Origin: Octopus sinensis
Taxonomy: Eukaryota
Length of the DNA stretch: 64,000 bases
Direction of reading: 5' to 3'
Assembly (NCBI RefSeq): GCF_006345805.1
Contig: NW_021832248.1
Span: 1-64,000, forward strand
Below the pieces are notes generated by a model. The model ran no database searches. It saw only the letters and a list, made by a program, of their open reading frames with translations, and was not told where the DNA came from. Below, piece after piece: positions 25,441 through 39,061 of the stretch; the stretch's first letter is position 1; each line of letters opens with the position of its first letter. The position numbers and the translations under genes are program-made.

Positions 25441-26989
25441 GGAATGAAAATGACTTGCACTGAATAAAACCATTGTATATTTCGTTATTGTATGTATGTG
25501 TGTGCATATACGCATCAATTTTGTGTGTATTTCTATAAATGTTGTGCTTATATATGATGTACGCAAAAATAATGCTTGAAAACTTAACCAGCGGGTCCTA
25601 ACTAATTCAGGTAAACAACAATAACATGTTCTTCGTGACCTCTGCTACGGACAAAACTACCCCCGAAGTAAAAACGCTACAATTGTAAAAAGAAAAATGA
25701 AAAACATTCCAGAACACGGCATCCGTTTATTATGGGGGTGAGGTTACGCCTATAGATGCAGCTTTTGAAATACATAACAAGACTGTTTATACCACAGGTC
25801 ACTGATAAGAAACGGGATTATTCTACGATGAGAAATACCTCAAGTGATGTTAAACCTCTGTAAGTTATATATCCGAAGTAGATCTTACCACTGTTCACAA
25901 ATCTAGTTTACTCGTATTCCAAGATATTCTTTTTCTTTCACCTGATTGAAAAATAACATTTTTTTAGATTAATTAACCTCCATCAAAAGGTAGAAATATC
26001 TCAGTGAAACTTGTAATCGAATTGTTAATTGTTTTCATATATCACATACAACCATCTTTGAAAAATATCAAATCATACTGCTAGATACAGTGTATTTCAA
26101 AAAGACAACAAAGATGTGTTAGTCACGGTTTAGATGACTTTTGACCAGAGATATGCTTAAAGATGACCTGGGGTCGAGGTCTAAACAACAATATCTTCAT
26201 CGAAACAAATTTCTACATAGACTTTCTCTCCTCTTTGGAACACCAATATTTGCGTTTCGCCATTATGCTTATATAGTACACAAGAAGGAATAAATATGTT
26301 GAAAGGTAAGTATTGTAAACCTATTTTGACTTCAGGGTCTATACTCCAATTAAAAACTTACGTCTCTTTATGAAAGACTTTCAAATCTATACTCCAGTTA
26401 AAAGCTTACATATATGTAAAAGAAAAAAGGGGAAGCAGCTGACCTCCCCTGTTCGAAGGATATAATGGACACAGGTTTGTGTATCACATAGCTACCTAGA
26501 GGCGATGACCACTTGGAGCTAATCAACGGCAGCATTCGTCCTATATTTCTTGACTGCCATATTAGCTTGGCGATAACTATTAATATCCAGTACTGCTGCC
26601 GTAGTCTCCTTTAGTGAGACTTAAGAATATTAATATTTCTATTTTTTTTAAAAACTTTCAAAACAACCTACAAAACTCCAGCAAATTTCCTCATGGTATT
26701 AAATGGTCTTTTGTTTTAGTATACCTAGCACCAAATAAATCAACAGTAAAATGCTCAAACTAGTACGGCCTTAATTCCCATCATATTGCCACTTCATGAG
26801 CTTGCAATGCTAAATTTGTAAACAAATATTTTCTTGAAGTTATACAGCAGAGGCGGTTATGCACCATTTTACATTCCCCGCTGAGAGTGATGATACATCA
26901 TGGTTTTTAGCCAGTTGGCATATATATAGTTTGCATATATATATATAGAGAGGGAGAGATGTTTTTATATATATATATATATATATATA

Positions 26990-27250
26990 TCTTCGAAACG
27001 TAGAGTAGATGAAACCATAGCGACTGAAGAAGGGTTTTTTTCTTTGTGTTAATTGTCCTGTACTCCATTTTTTGTTGTTTTAAAAAAAAATGTCCAGTTC
27101 CTTTGGTTTGTGTCTATGTTTTCGTTTCTCTTTGTGTTCGACGTCCCTTTGGTGTCCTGTACTCATATATGCGTGTATATGTACATGTAGAGGTAGGTAC
27201 GTACATATATGTTTATATATATGCATATGTTTTATTTCATTTATTATATA
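26990..27250 (+). mobile_element. Fragment of the repeat family also at 29164-29998 and 30050-30410
   Basis: Shared GCGACTGAAGAAGGGTTTTTTTCTTTGTGTTAATTGTCCTGTAC block. Confidence 0.65.
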
Positions 27251-27813
27251 TATATATTATATATAATATATATATATATATATACGGTATCGTTTGGTCG
27301 ATCTTGCTTGATGATCTTCACTCGATCACAGAAATAATAACGACCACATATAGCGTTTGGAAGCTCAACAGAGAAACATCTCATGTACATAGGGAACTTG
27401 CCAATGAAGATTTTGCAGCGACTTTGCCTTTCATCCTTTCGGTGTCGATTAAATAAGTACCAGTTACGCACAGGTTTCGATGCAATCGACTCAATCCCTT
27501 GTCCTTCTTTGTCCCCTCTATGTTTTGCCCCCACTGTGTGGATTAAAGAAATAAATATTTTTTCACTTGAATTTGTAGATACTAGTGAACATTACACGCA
27601 TTTCACATTTTAGAACAGAAACTTTCTTCTAGACCAGCTTACTTTCATTATTGCTGTTATTCTTCTTCTTCTTCTTCTTACTGTTGGTCTAGTTTTATCC
27701 GTTTCCTATTTATCTGATTTATTATGCAGTTTCTATACGAAACGTTACGTATACGTACGCACACGTATGGCTCCTTTTTCTCTCCCTCTTCATATATATA
27801 AATGTATGTATGC

Positions 27814-27904
<91 letters not shown>

Positions 27905-28623
27905 TTTTGTGTAGCAATAAAAATATTCGAAATGATAAATAAACAAAAAAATAAACCCACTATGCTGTCAACATGAATGTTTAAGGGCTTCAAATGTTAT
28001 TGTATCAATATGTTCGCCAGTCTATTGGCTGCTAGATTGTGATATGTTTGTAAGATAACCAAACTCTAATCTTTACTAGTTATACACGCTTTTTACAACA
28101 TTATTCTCTCTTTCGCTTCATAAAAATCTTCCTCTGTCTCTCTCTCTCTCTGCCTCAATCTCTTTGTTTTATATTATCTTATTCTATTTGTCTTTGGAAT
28201 TCTTCCTTAACTTCCCATATTCTTTATCTCTATATATTTATCACTTATTCTAACTAATAAAACATGGACAAATCTTCTCTTTTCCTACAGTCGCTTAGCT
28301 TCTCTACTTTTCCCCTACTCTCCCCCTTTCTTTCTCTGCCTTTCTCTAATGTCTAGTTTTAAGATTCTATGATACCCTGGCATAGACTTTCACGTGCGTA
28401 GACACTCTTCCACACTTAGATTAATGTGGGTATTAGTCCTCCTAGAAATAGGGGCAAAATTTCCCTCAAATAACACTATATATTTATAGATATGCTCAGG
28501 TAACAACTGGCATTCATTTGGAAATGAATTTGGATTTAAGGCTAAACTACAAGATATCTACTTGATATTACAGATATAACGCACACATACATATTTACAC
28601 ACACGCGTGGAAATATATTCAAT

Positions 28624-28680
<57 letters not shown>

Positions 28681-28687
<7 letters not shown>

Positions 28688-29092
28688 TATATTAATTAGA
28701 GACAAAACCACTATTATGCAAATCAAACAAAGAAAGACTTAAGCCAATACATAAAATAATTTATATAAATTTAGAAATTTAACAATTATAAATAACCACT
28801 AGGAGTTCATAGTTTAAAACTCGCCAAGAAGGTTTTGAAACCACCTGAAGAATGTCTCAAAGATGTGCTGAAATAAGACATGAAACGATCATAGTGGTTA
28901 TTTATAATTGTTAAATTTCTAAATTTATATAAATTATTTTATGTATTGGCTTAAGTCTTTCTTTGTTTGATTTGCATAATAGTGGTTTTGTCTCTAATTT
29001 AATATAATATAATATTTTACTATAAAATTGGATTCAATCCTAAATCTGATTTTTCCCTGTAAATTTGGATTTATTCCCTAATATTTATTATT
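28681..29092. mobile_element. Foldback PLE pLTR-like insertion in (TA)n
   Basis: 28681-28801 is the inverse of 28893-29010; same family as 19.3 and 21.35 kb. Confidence 0.78.
28839..28899 (+). ncRNA. Type I hammerhead ribozyme motif
   Basis: Stem I AACCAC/GUGGUU, CUGAAGA, stem II AUGUCU/AGACAU, GAAA, CGAUCA, UA. Confidence 0.8.
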
Positions 29093-29111
29093 AATATATA
29101 TAATATATATA

Positions 29112-29163
<52 letters not shown>

Positions 29164-29165
<2 letters not shown>

Positions 29166-29998
29166 CTTACTTGGAAGAAGACGACGCGTGCGTTCGATCA
29201 TATAATAAAAAATTAATAAATTAGACATATGCATACATACATACATGTACATACCTACATCTATATGTATATATACATGCATATATAAGTAAGTAAAAGA
29301 GTATATATGGGTACAGGGCACCACAAATAAACGTAGAACACAACGAGAAACGAAAACATAAAAACAAAACAAGGAAACGGAGCTTTTTTAACAACGAAAA
29401 AACAGAGTACAAGACAAACAACATAAGAAACATTTCCCTTCTTCAGCTGCCCCTGTTTCGACTCAATGCGTGTTTCGATGGTAAGGGCAGAACACAACTA
29501 CATTAAAACAGTCCTTCCCGCAAAGCGAATTAAATAAAAAAAAATTGCGGAGGGGTTAAAAAGGTGACTAGAACAGGACGTAAAAGCAATACAAATAAAG
29601 AAAAAAACCGTACAAATAAAGATAAAAACAGTAAAAGACAGGACAAGGAAACCAACAATAAGGACTTTTTTAAGCCTAGACGGTGGAAAAATTCATTTGA
29701 ACGCATTCTGAAGAACGGCTTGCGAGGACAGAAAAAGCCGATGTTGACTTGTTGAAGGCAGTAGACAGAAAGAAAGTTAGTAGCTCTCTGGTCAGTGACG
29801 AGAGGGAGGAGGAAGAGGAACGGTGAAAGGGAGAGAAGAAACCAGAAAGGGTGAAAAATAAGAGAGGGAGAGAGACAGGTAGAGAGGAAGACAGACAGGC
29901 AGGGAGGAAAGGTCAAGTAAAGAGTTAAGAGTGCGCGTCATATTTTTGAAATGAAACTTACTTGGAAGAAGACGACGCGTGCGTTCGATCATATAATA
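29164..29998 (-). mobile_element. 791-bp unit with 44-bp terminal direct repeat in (TA)n
   Basis: AACTTACTTGGAAGAAGACGACGCGTGCGTTCGATCATATAATA at 29164 and 29955. Confidence 0.7.
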
Positions 29999-30011
29999 AT
30001 ATATAATTTTT

Positions 30012-30049
<38 letters not shown>

Positions 30050-30050
<1 letters not shown>

Positions 30051-30410
30051 ACCATTCCCCTTTCTCTTGCTCCTCCTCCCCCTCCCGTCGTTTACCCGTG
30101 ATGAGACTTCCGCTACTGTCTTTTCTAGCTTGACCTCCTCAAGGTGTGGACGGCAATTCTTTTTGCTCCGTTCGTCGTTCACAAAAAAACATGGCGACTG
30201 AAGAAGGGTTTTTTTCTTTGTGTTAATTGTCCTGTACTCTATATTTTTTTGTTGTTAAAAAAATGTCCAGTTCCCTGGGTTTGTGTCTATGTTTTCGTTT
30301 CTCATTGTATTCGACGTTTTTTTTGTGTCCTGTACTCATATATGCGTGTATATATACATGTAGAGGTTGGTACGTACATATATGTATATATATAGCATAT
30401 GTTTCTTTAT
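30050..30410 (+). mobile_element. Related copy of the 27.0/29.2-kb family
   Basis: Similar to 27020-27240. Confidence 0.65.
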
Positions 30411-30484
<74 letters not shown>

Positions 30485-30487
<3 letters not shown>

Positions 30488-31569
30488 ATTTCAACAATTG
30501 AGGGTAAAATTAATTAATTATTAATCAATTTCACCAAGTATTCAGTATGTAAGGGACCATTTAAGGCGAATTCAAAATATTACATTTTATAAAGGGCTTA
30601 GTAAGATAAATTACTTTGCCACATACTGAACTCATTAGAAATAGCAGCCAAAAAAAATTTTTTAGCCATTTCTAATACTTAAAGAAAATTTCTCTCATAT
30701 AGTGTTTACTCAAAATAGCCCACGAAGGTATGGGGGTAAAAACATTAAAAAATCACAAGTGCAAAGATTATTTGAGAACGTACGTTTCTAGATCAGCTAA
30801 ATACAATTCGACATTTCTTTCGTCAGCTCAAAATTCCTTAATTCGGATTTGTAAACACTGAAAGTAGGAGCATACCCTTTTGGCGACTTTTCACCTCCGA
30901 AGATCCGTTCAAACTAACAGTGTCAACAAATTCAAAATATGCAAGCGAAGAATTTCTGCTCTCCCCTTTCCACCCACGTGGGCTAACCTAGCAAACACCA
31001 TGATTTTATCGGTGAAAACCGAAGCATTAAACAGAGAGAAATGAATTATAATTTCAACAATTGAGGGTAAAATTAATTAATTATTAATCAATTTCACCAA
31101 GTATTCAATATGTAAAGAGACCATTTAAGGCGAATTCAAAATATTACATTTTATAAAGGGCTTAGTAAGATAAATTATTTTGCCACATACTGAACTCATT
31201 AGAAATAGCAGCCGAAAAAAATTTTTTTAGCCATTTCTAATACTTAAAGAAAATTTCTCTCATATAGTGTTTACTCAAAAATGCTCCTACTTTCAGTGTT
31301 TACAAATCCGAATTAAGGAATTTTGAGCTGACGAAAGAAATGTCGAATTGTATTTGGCTGATCTAGAAACGTACGTTCTCAAATAATCTTTGCACTTGTG
31401 ATTTTTTAATGTTTTTACCCCCATACCTTCGTGGGCTATTTTGAGTAAACACTATATGAGAGAAATTTTCTTTAAGTATTAGAAATGGCTAAAAAAATTT
31501 TTTTTGGCTGCTATTTCTAATGAGTTCAGTATGTGGCAAAGTAATTTATCTTACTAAGCCCTTTATAAA

Positions 31570-31573
<4 letters not shown>
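30485..31573. repeat. 563-bp-unit sister array of 15329-18441 with inversion at 31280/31281
   Basis: Unit starts at 30485 and 31048; inverted arm 31281-31573; flanked by (TA)n. Confidence 0.88.
31322..31383 (+). ncRNA. Type I hammerhead motif (mirror copy at 30771-30832 on -)
   Basis: UUUGAG-CUGACGA-AAGA..UCUA-GAAA-CGUACG-UU-CUCAAA. Confidence 0.75.
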
Positions 31574-31616
<43 letters not shown>

Positions 31617-31680
31617 AGTTCTATATTTAAGAGATGAGGAATTATGTACATTATTTACATTAATATTATTATTATTATTA

Positions 31681-31727
<47 letters not shown>

Positions 31728-31792
31728 ATGATACCAACAAAAACATCGAAAAATACATTAGAAATGAGAACCCAGTTTCGAAAATTCCCCAA

Positions 31793-31838
31793 AACACCTG
31801 AAGAAGGCTATAGGGTATATCAGCCGAAACATTGTGTT
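31793..31838 (+). ncRNA. Minimal PLE-type hammerhead motif
   Basis: AACAC-CUGAAGA-A-GGCU..AGCC-GAAA-CA-UU-GUGUU. Confidence 0.6.
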
Positions 31839-31914
31839 AACAACAAACAAGATGAGGACAAATACCTGTCGAATGAAATAATATAAATAATGTATATATA
31901 TATATATAGAGAAT

Positions 31915-32235
31915 AGTTAGAGCTTTGGCCTACTATCATGAGGTAGGAAGTTCGATTCTCAGACCAGGCCTTGTGTTGTGTTCTTGAGCAAAACACTTTA
32001 TTTCACGTTGCTGCAGTTCACTCAGCTGAGGAAATGGAGTTGCGACGTCGCTGGTACCAAGCTGTATCGGCCTCTGTCTTTCCTTTGGATAACATCGGTG
32101 GCGAAGAGAGAGGAGAGTGGGATGCATGGGTGACTACTTGTCTCCCATAAACAACCTTGCCCGCACTTGTGCCTCGGAGGGGAACTTTCTTGGAACAATT
32201 CCATGGTTAATCTTGACAGAAAGGGGTTTTACTCT
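31915..32235 (+). mobile_element. Old tRNA-derived SINE (family D)
   Basis: GTTCGATTC B box, then TGTGTTCTTGAGCAAAACACTT; related to 52558-52788. Confidence 0.6.
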
Positions 32236-32714
32236 TTATGCACAAGTTTAGCTAATTGCCATGAAAAAGGCTACTCGATACTACAGTAAAGTTTAATCAT
32301 GTATTTTATTTTGATCGTATCAGCATCTTGCAACTCCGAGTTTCACCCGTAGGAACAGACGATATTCAGCGAACTTATCAGTAATAATTTTCCTGAACAT
32401 CCTGTGCATCTACAGGTAAAAGTCAGAGTAACAAGATAAGGACTTGACTAAAATAATGAGGGTGTATGTGTATGTGCGTATATATTTAGAAATATGTATA
32501 TACACACATACATGTGCCAAACTTTTGATAGACATATGCTTTTCCATAAATTGTCTGTAATCTCCCTTCAATAATTCATTTTCATCTATTTTAGTTTAGT
32601 TTTTTGTTTTTTTGTTATTAATTTCTTGATTTATATATACACCCCCACATGCATACATACATACATACATACATACATACATACATACATACATACATAC
32701 ATACATACATACTT

Positions 32715-32750
<36 letters not shown>

Positions 32751-32912
32751 GTATATGTGTGTGTATGTGAATATATATATACATATATATATACATATAT
32801 ATATATACACGCATATATATATATTTAATATCAATATACACATTTGTATATATATATATATATGTATATGTATATATACATGTATGTATTTTTATGCGTA
32901 TATGTGTGTATG

Positions 32913-32990
<78 letters not shown>

Positions 32991-33411
32991 GAGTGACTAA
33001 GAGAGAGAGAGGGAGACAGATAAATAGAGGCTTATACATAGCATATGTGTATTCGTGGGTCTGTGCTTGCGTTTCTGAGTGTAGGCATTTACTTGCCTGC
33101 ATCTATTATATAGCGAGAGTTATGTATTAATCAGAATACGTTTTGTTACAAAGCTGCTTACATAATATTTTCGCATTCTGTTACTGGTTTATCATGAGTG
33201 ATAAACGATCTTATTCCAGAAGCTTCTATAAAACAGATAAGAAATATAAAAGTTAATAAATTCTTTTTTGATATTCCGCGTGTAGTTATTATTATTTTTT
33301 TTTATTTATCTGAGTTTTTTTTTGTACATCATCGTGTAACATATTTCGTTATAATACTGTTCATAATGATGATACCGACAAGTAGGATGATGACGGTGAT
33401 GACGATGATGT

Positions 33412-33412
33412 A

Positions 33413-33497
<85 letters not shown>
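33412..33497. repeat. (TAG)n microsatellite
   Basis: Direct reading. Confidence 0.95.
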
Positions 33498-33498
<1 letters not shown>

Positions 33499-33826
33499 AA
33501 GACTTCTATTACACAGACGGGCGTGGATGAGGAAGACGTCACAAGGACAGTCAAGAATTTGTGTTTTTTTTAGATAAAAATACAGAGAAAAAAATGGGGA
33601 AAAATGCCTAAATGAGATAAAAGAATATATGGTATAGAAATCGTGTCAAGCGTGAATGATGCAGTCCTCGTGATGAAGGAGAAACTTCAGCTAAGGTCAA
33701 TCAAGGAACCTCATAGTTTCAGTTTTATCCTGACCACCAAAGTACGATTCCTTTACCGACCGTTGTTCTGTATTCTACTGGTGAATAATAAAAACTGAAA
33801 TTTATTAAAATATTACTATTATTATA

Positions 33827-33888
<62 letters not shown>

Positions 33889-33890
<2 letters not shown>

Positions 33891-34200
33891 TGTGTTTGAC
33901 TTTTGCTTTATATTTGTACAAGTTGGTTCCAAGTCTCACCCAGAGACCTCAAGAGATAACAGGTTGGAAGTTCGTGTTGTTGTTATGCCTAGTGTGCCAT
34001 ATATTTGGTTTTGTATTTAGTGTTGTACTAGTGAATGTCTAAAAAAAAACATATGAAAATTATGTGTGTTTTAAAACTTGAGATTATATAGAAAGTATTT
34101 TGCGTAGGATATGAGCAGTTCCCATGAGCACTATCTCTTGAATTTCTGCCATTTGGGGGTTTCCTGGTATCTGAGTTAGGTAGAATCAGCCCCTTTTGCT
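33889..34200 (-). mobile_element. R4/Dong-type LINE 3' end in (TAA)n
   Basis: LTQIPGNPQMAEIQEIVLMGTAHILRKILSI*, then 3' UTR; TAA tracts on both sides. Confidence 0.7.
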
Positions 34201-34202
34201 TA

Positions 34203-34263
<61 letters not shown>

Positions 34264-35358
34264 TGAGTGAAAGAGCTGTGCATGCCATCAAAGTGACACT
34301 GGGCTAAAATATACGAAGCCCAGTATACCCATCATGACTACTCGTCTGATACGGGTACACCAGGCTTGTCCATCACAACTAAATGTGCGTGACATGGTGA
34401 TCTCATATTAAGATAAACAGCGCAAGACCTTGCAGGCGGGGCCCAGTTAAAATGTTCTTCTGATTGAGTAGCCCATCCCGCTCAAAAGGTTTAAGGATGT
34501 CGAATGAAACACCCATGTTTCCAAAGGTGAATTATCCAAACCTCCGAGAATTCCTTTCAACACACGGCTATGATGCTCCCTCACTACTTCTGCTCGTAGT
34601 CAGAGATGCACATATCGTCAGCCACTAAGGTACATGGTCAAACAACTGACAAGCAAATCTGGGGTACTGAGCAGAATGTTTGCTGTAGCCCATTATTTAT
34701 ACCAAGACAAAACAATGTACATGATAATACTTCCAATCAGTTAAGATCAGAAGCCATGAGAGCCACTGGTACTGCATCAGGGCATTATTATTATTATTAT
34801 TATTGAGTGAGTGAGCAGAGCATGCCATCAAAGTGACACTGGGGTAAAATATACGAAGCCCAGTATACCCATCATGACTACCCGTCTGATAAGGGTACAC
34901 CAGGCACATGCATCACAACCATATGTGCGCGACATGGTGATCTCATATCTAGATAAACAGCACATGACCTTGCAGGTGGAGCCCAGTTAGAATTTTCTTC
35001 AGATCGAGTAACCCATCCCGCTCAAAAGGTCCCTGAATAAGGATTGTTTAAGGACGTTGAACGAAACACCCATGTTTCCAGAGGTGAATTATTCAAACCC
35101 CAAAGAATCCTTCTCAACACATGGCTATGATGCTCCCCCACTACTTCTGCTCGTGATCAGAGATGCACATATCGTCAGCCACTAAGGGGCATGCTCAACC
35201 GGTTACGGTCAAACAACTGACAAGCAAATCTGTGGTATTGAGCAGAATATTTGCTGTAGCCCATCTTTTATACCAAGACAAAACAATGTACATGATAACA
35301 CTTCCAATCAGTTAAAATCAGAAGCCATGAGATCCACTGCCTGGTACTGCATCAGGGC

Positions 35359-35361
<3 letters not shown>
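34264..35361 (-). mobile_element. Two copies (34264-34785, 34804-35361) of a ~555-bp non-coding TAA-flanked element
   Basis: Same ends (ATGCCCTGATGCAG...CTCA on minus) in both; separated by (ATT)n; strand inferred from neighbouring Dong fragments. Confidence 0.75.
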
Positions 35362-35421
<60 letters not shown>

Positions 35422-35431
35422 CATTATTATT

Positions 35432-36020
35432 CAGTACTTTTATTTTTATAACGTGCTTTCACTTCACTACCGAGCACAGCTCTGTGTGCCTCGGGTATGT
35501 GCTGTGGTTTGGTTTGATGCTCTTATGGTTACTGTATTGAAAGTGTTTTGCGTAGAATGGGTCCAGTGCATATTTGTCCTATTTCTGTATGCTATATATA
35601 TTTGTATGTCCTGGTGTTTTTGTTATGTATTTGTCTATATATTTTTTATCATAGCTAATGCGCCTACTATGATAGTAATTATTTCTGTTTTTAGATTCCA
35701 CATTCGAGTTACCTCTATTTCTAGGTCTTTGTATTTTGAAAGTTTCTCCATTTGTGTTAGAGATACGTTGATATCTGCTGGTATTGATACATCAGTTAGA
35801 AAGCATTGTTTTTTCTTCATGATCTCTGACAACTATATCGGGCCTATTGGCCTTAGTTTCTCTATCTGTGTGTATTGGCACATCCCAGTGTATGGTTGCT
35901 TTCTCGTTTTCTGTGACCTTTTCTGGTGGGTGCCTATACCATCTTTTTTCTGTTGTTCTTCCATAGTGTTGGCATAGCTTCCAGTGTATGTAGGCCCCAA
36001 CTCTGTCGTGTCTGTGAATA
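35432..36020 (-). pseudogene. R4/Dong-type LINE 3' fragment with restriction-like endonuclease (REL)
   Basis: RPDIVV..KKKQCFLTDVSIPADINVSLTQMEKLSKYKDLEIEVTRMWNLKTEIITIIVGAL. Confidence 0.85.
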
Positions 36021-36071
<51 letters not shown>

Positions 36072-36098
36072 CATATTATTATTATTATTACTATTATT

Positions 36099-36449
36099 GA
36101 GTGAGAGAGCAGTGCATGCCATCAAAGTAACACTGGGGTAAAATATACGAAGCTCAGTATACCCATCATAACTACCCGTCTGATAAGGGTACACCAGGCA
36201 CATGCATCACAACCATATGTGCGCGACATGGTGATCTCATATCAAGATAAACAGCACATGACCTTGCAGGTGGAGCCCAGTTAGAATTTTCTTCAGATCG
36301 AGTAACCCATCCCACTCGAAAGGTCCCTGAATAAGGGTTGTTTAAGGATGTTGAACGAAACACCCATGTTTCCAGAGGTGAATTATTCAAACCCCAAAGA
36401 ATCCCTCTCAACACATGGCTATGATGCTCCACCACTACTTCTGCTCTAC

Positions 36450-36502
<53 letters not shown>

Positions 36503-36897
36503 TATATTATTATTATTATCATTATTATTATTATTATTACTATTATTGAGTGAGAGAGCAGTGCATGCCATCAAAGTAACACTGGGGTAAAATATACGAA
36601 GCTCAGTATACCCATCATAACTACCCGTCTGATAAGGGTACACCAGGCACATGCATCACAACCATATGTGCGCGACATGGTGATCTCATATCAAGATAAA
36701 CAGCACATGACCTTGCAGGTGGAGCCCAGTTAGAATTTTCTTCAGATCGAGTAACCCATCCCACTCGAAAGGTCCCTGAATAAGGGTTGTTTAAGGATGT
36801 TGAACGAAACACCCATGTTTCCAGAGGTGAATTATTCAAACCCCAAAGAATCCCTCTCAACACATGGCTATGATGCTCCACCACTACTTCTGCTCTA
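36099..36897 (-). mobile_element. Two truncated, apparently identical copies of the TAA-flanked element (36099-36447, 36548-36897)
   Basis: Same sequence and truncation point; 449-bp period. Confidence 0.8.
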
Positions 36898-36898
36898 C

Positions 36899-36959
<61 letters not shown>

Positions 36960-37619
36960 GCACAAGATCAGCAAGTTTAAAGGAGGAAGTCAGTCGATTA
37001 TATGAACCACAGTGTTCCAATGCAACTAATACCGATACCGATAAACGGCAAAGATAACCTCAACGGAATTGGACCCGGAACAGGAGCTGGAAAAAATGCC
37101 GCTGTGTATTTTGCCCGACAAACAAGAAAGAGTACCTTGCCGCGAAATGTAGCACCAATATTAATTAATTTTCCATTTTAATAGCGACTTATTTTAATGT
37201 GAAATAAATAGATCTCGCGCAGACAATCAATTATATGAATGTACTGTCTCTTTATGTCCGTATGTATGTGCACGAGCATGCGTATGTAGAAGATTCCGTT
37301 AATCAAGGCAGTTTTAATAGTATATTAGACTGATACATTCCTTGTTATCTTCAGCTTAAAAGAAAAAAACGGAAAAAATAATACTAATAAAACCTAATGT
37401 TTTTTAAGCATACGTATTGTGTTTCACGGGCTTTACGACGGAGAGTACATATCTAAAAGAAAGAAAAAAAAAAAACACTTATAAGTTAACTCAAGATAAA
37501 AAAAACAAAAGTAGATAAAGAATTCGAAAAGTTGTATTAAAAAAGAAATAAAAGTACAAGTAAAAATGACCGATAAGAAGAACTTTTTGAAGAACTTCTA
37601 TATTCTAACTAATGAAAAC

Positions 37620-37661
37620 ATACACACGCGCACGCACGCGCACACACACACATACATCTTT

Positions 37662-37704
<43 letters not shown>

Positions 37705-37799
37705 TGTATATATATATATATATACATGCATATAAGTATATATATATAGATATATATACATGTATATAAATATATAATATATATATATATATACATATA

Positions 37800-37833
<34 letters not shown>

Positions 37834-38120
37834 TATATGTATATATATAATATATATTATATATTTATATACATGTATATAAATATATAATATATATTAT
37901 ATATATACATATATGCATATATATATATATATATATAATATATATATATATGCATATATGTATATATATAATATATATTATATATATATATATACATGCA
38001 TATATATATATATATATATACATATATGCATATATATATATACATATATACATGCATATATATATATATATACATACATACATGCATACATATGCATATA
38101 TATGTGTGCATGCGTGTGCG
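37620..38120. repeat. Complex TA/TGCA microsatellite
   Basis: Direct reading. Confidence 0.9.
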
Positions 38121-39061
38121 TTTATATGTAAGGTGTATTGTGGCTGCCACACCGTCAGTTTGATTCACACGTTAACCGATACCACACGTTCTTACTAAGC
38201 ATTTTATACCATTACGAACATCTGTTATTCTTATTTCATTCTCTATCTCACTTTCTTTTCGTTATTTCCTCTCTCTCTCTCTCTTTCTCTACGTTTTTTT
38301 TTTGTGTATACGTTTACACGCCGTATGTGCATGTATTTGTATGCGTGTGTTTTTGTGTGGGTGTGTGTGTCAGTGCGTACATGTGTTCTGCTGTGCCTAT
38401 GCAAGTCGTCCTCTGTTACGTATTCTTAGTTACTTTGTATCATTAAGAACCTATTATAATTTCCCTCCCACTGGCTGTCATATTGAGACCACCCATATAC
38501 TGTATTATTGTTTCTCTAATTAACAGATAAAACAGTCTACATTCCTCTACATTGATTTCTTGCCTCAGAATAAGTAAGGAACTTTAAATGTTAGCGCGGA
38601 ATCTAACGACATTGATATTCTTTAAATTCTTGTTCGTCGTATGAGCATTATGAGTTCGATTCCCGTTGCAGTCAGTAGTGGCTCCGACGCTTCCGATGGC
38701 GATGAATTATATATATATCAAGTGCTGGAATAGATCTAATCCCTCTACATTAAACTTGAATATTATTCATTCTGAGTGAATTCAACAGGTCCAGTGACTA
38801 CGTGGAGATTCCAGCCATTTAGAATCTCTTGTAGACATACAGCAACAAAAAAAAAAAAAAAAAAAAAAACGATAACTTGTGTCCGAGGACTGGTGCGCAT
38901 AGAAAGTTCAGTCATTAGTTTAATACTAAAATGTGAGTTGGTATTTGTCAATGAGCCGAATATTCTTCATTTAGAATAAATGTATATAGTGGTCCGAAAG
39001 TCTTGTCACCCTGCCCCCGACCGAAATGTAATAAGAACAATAAAAGAGCATTATAATAATT

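Noticed and set aside
36120-36200. Possible twister or HDV-like ribozyme in the TAA-flanked element (TAACACTG..AAGCCC)
   Set aside because: Could not assemble the required pseudoknots by eye
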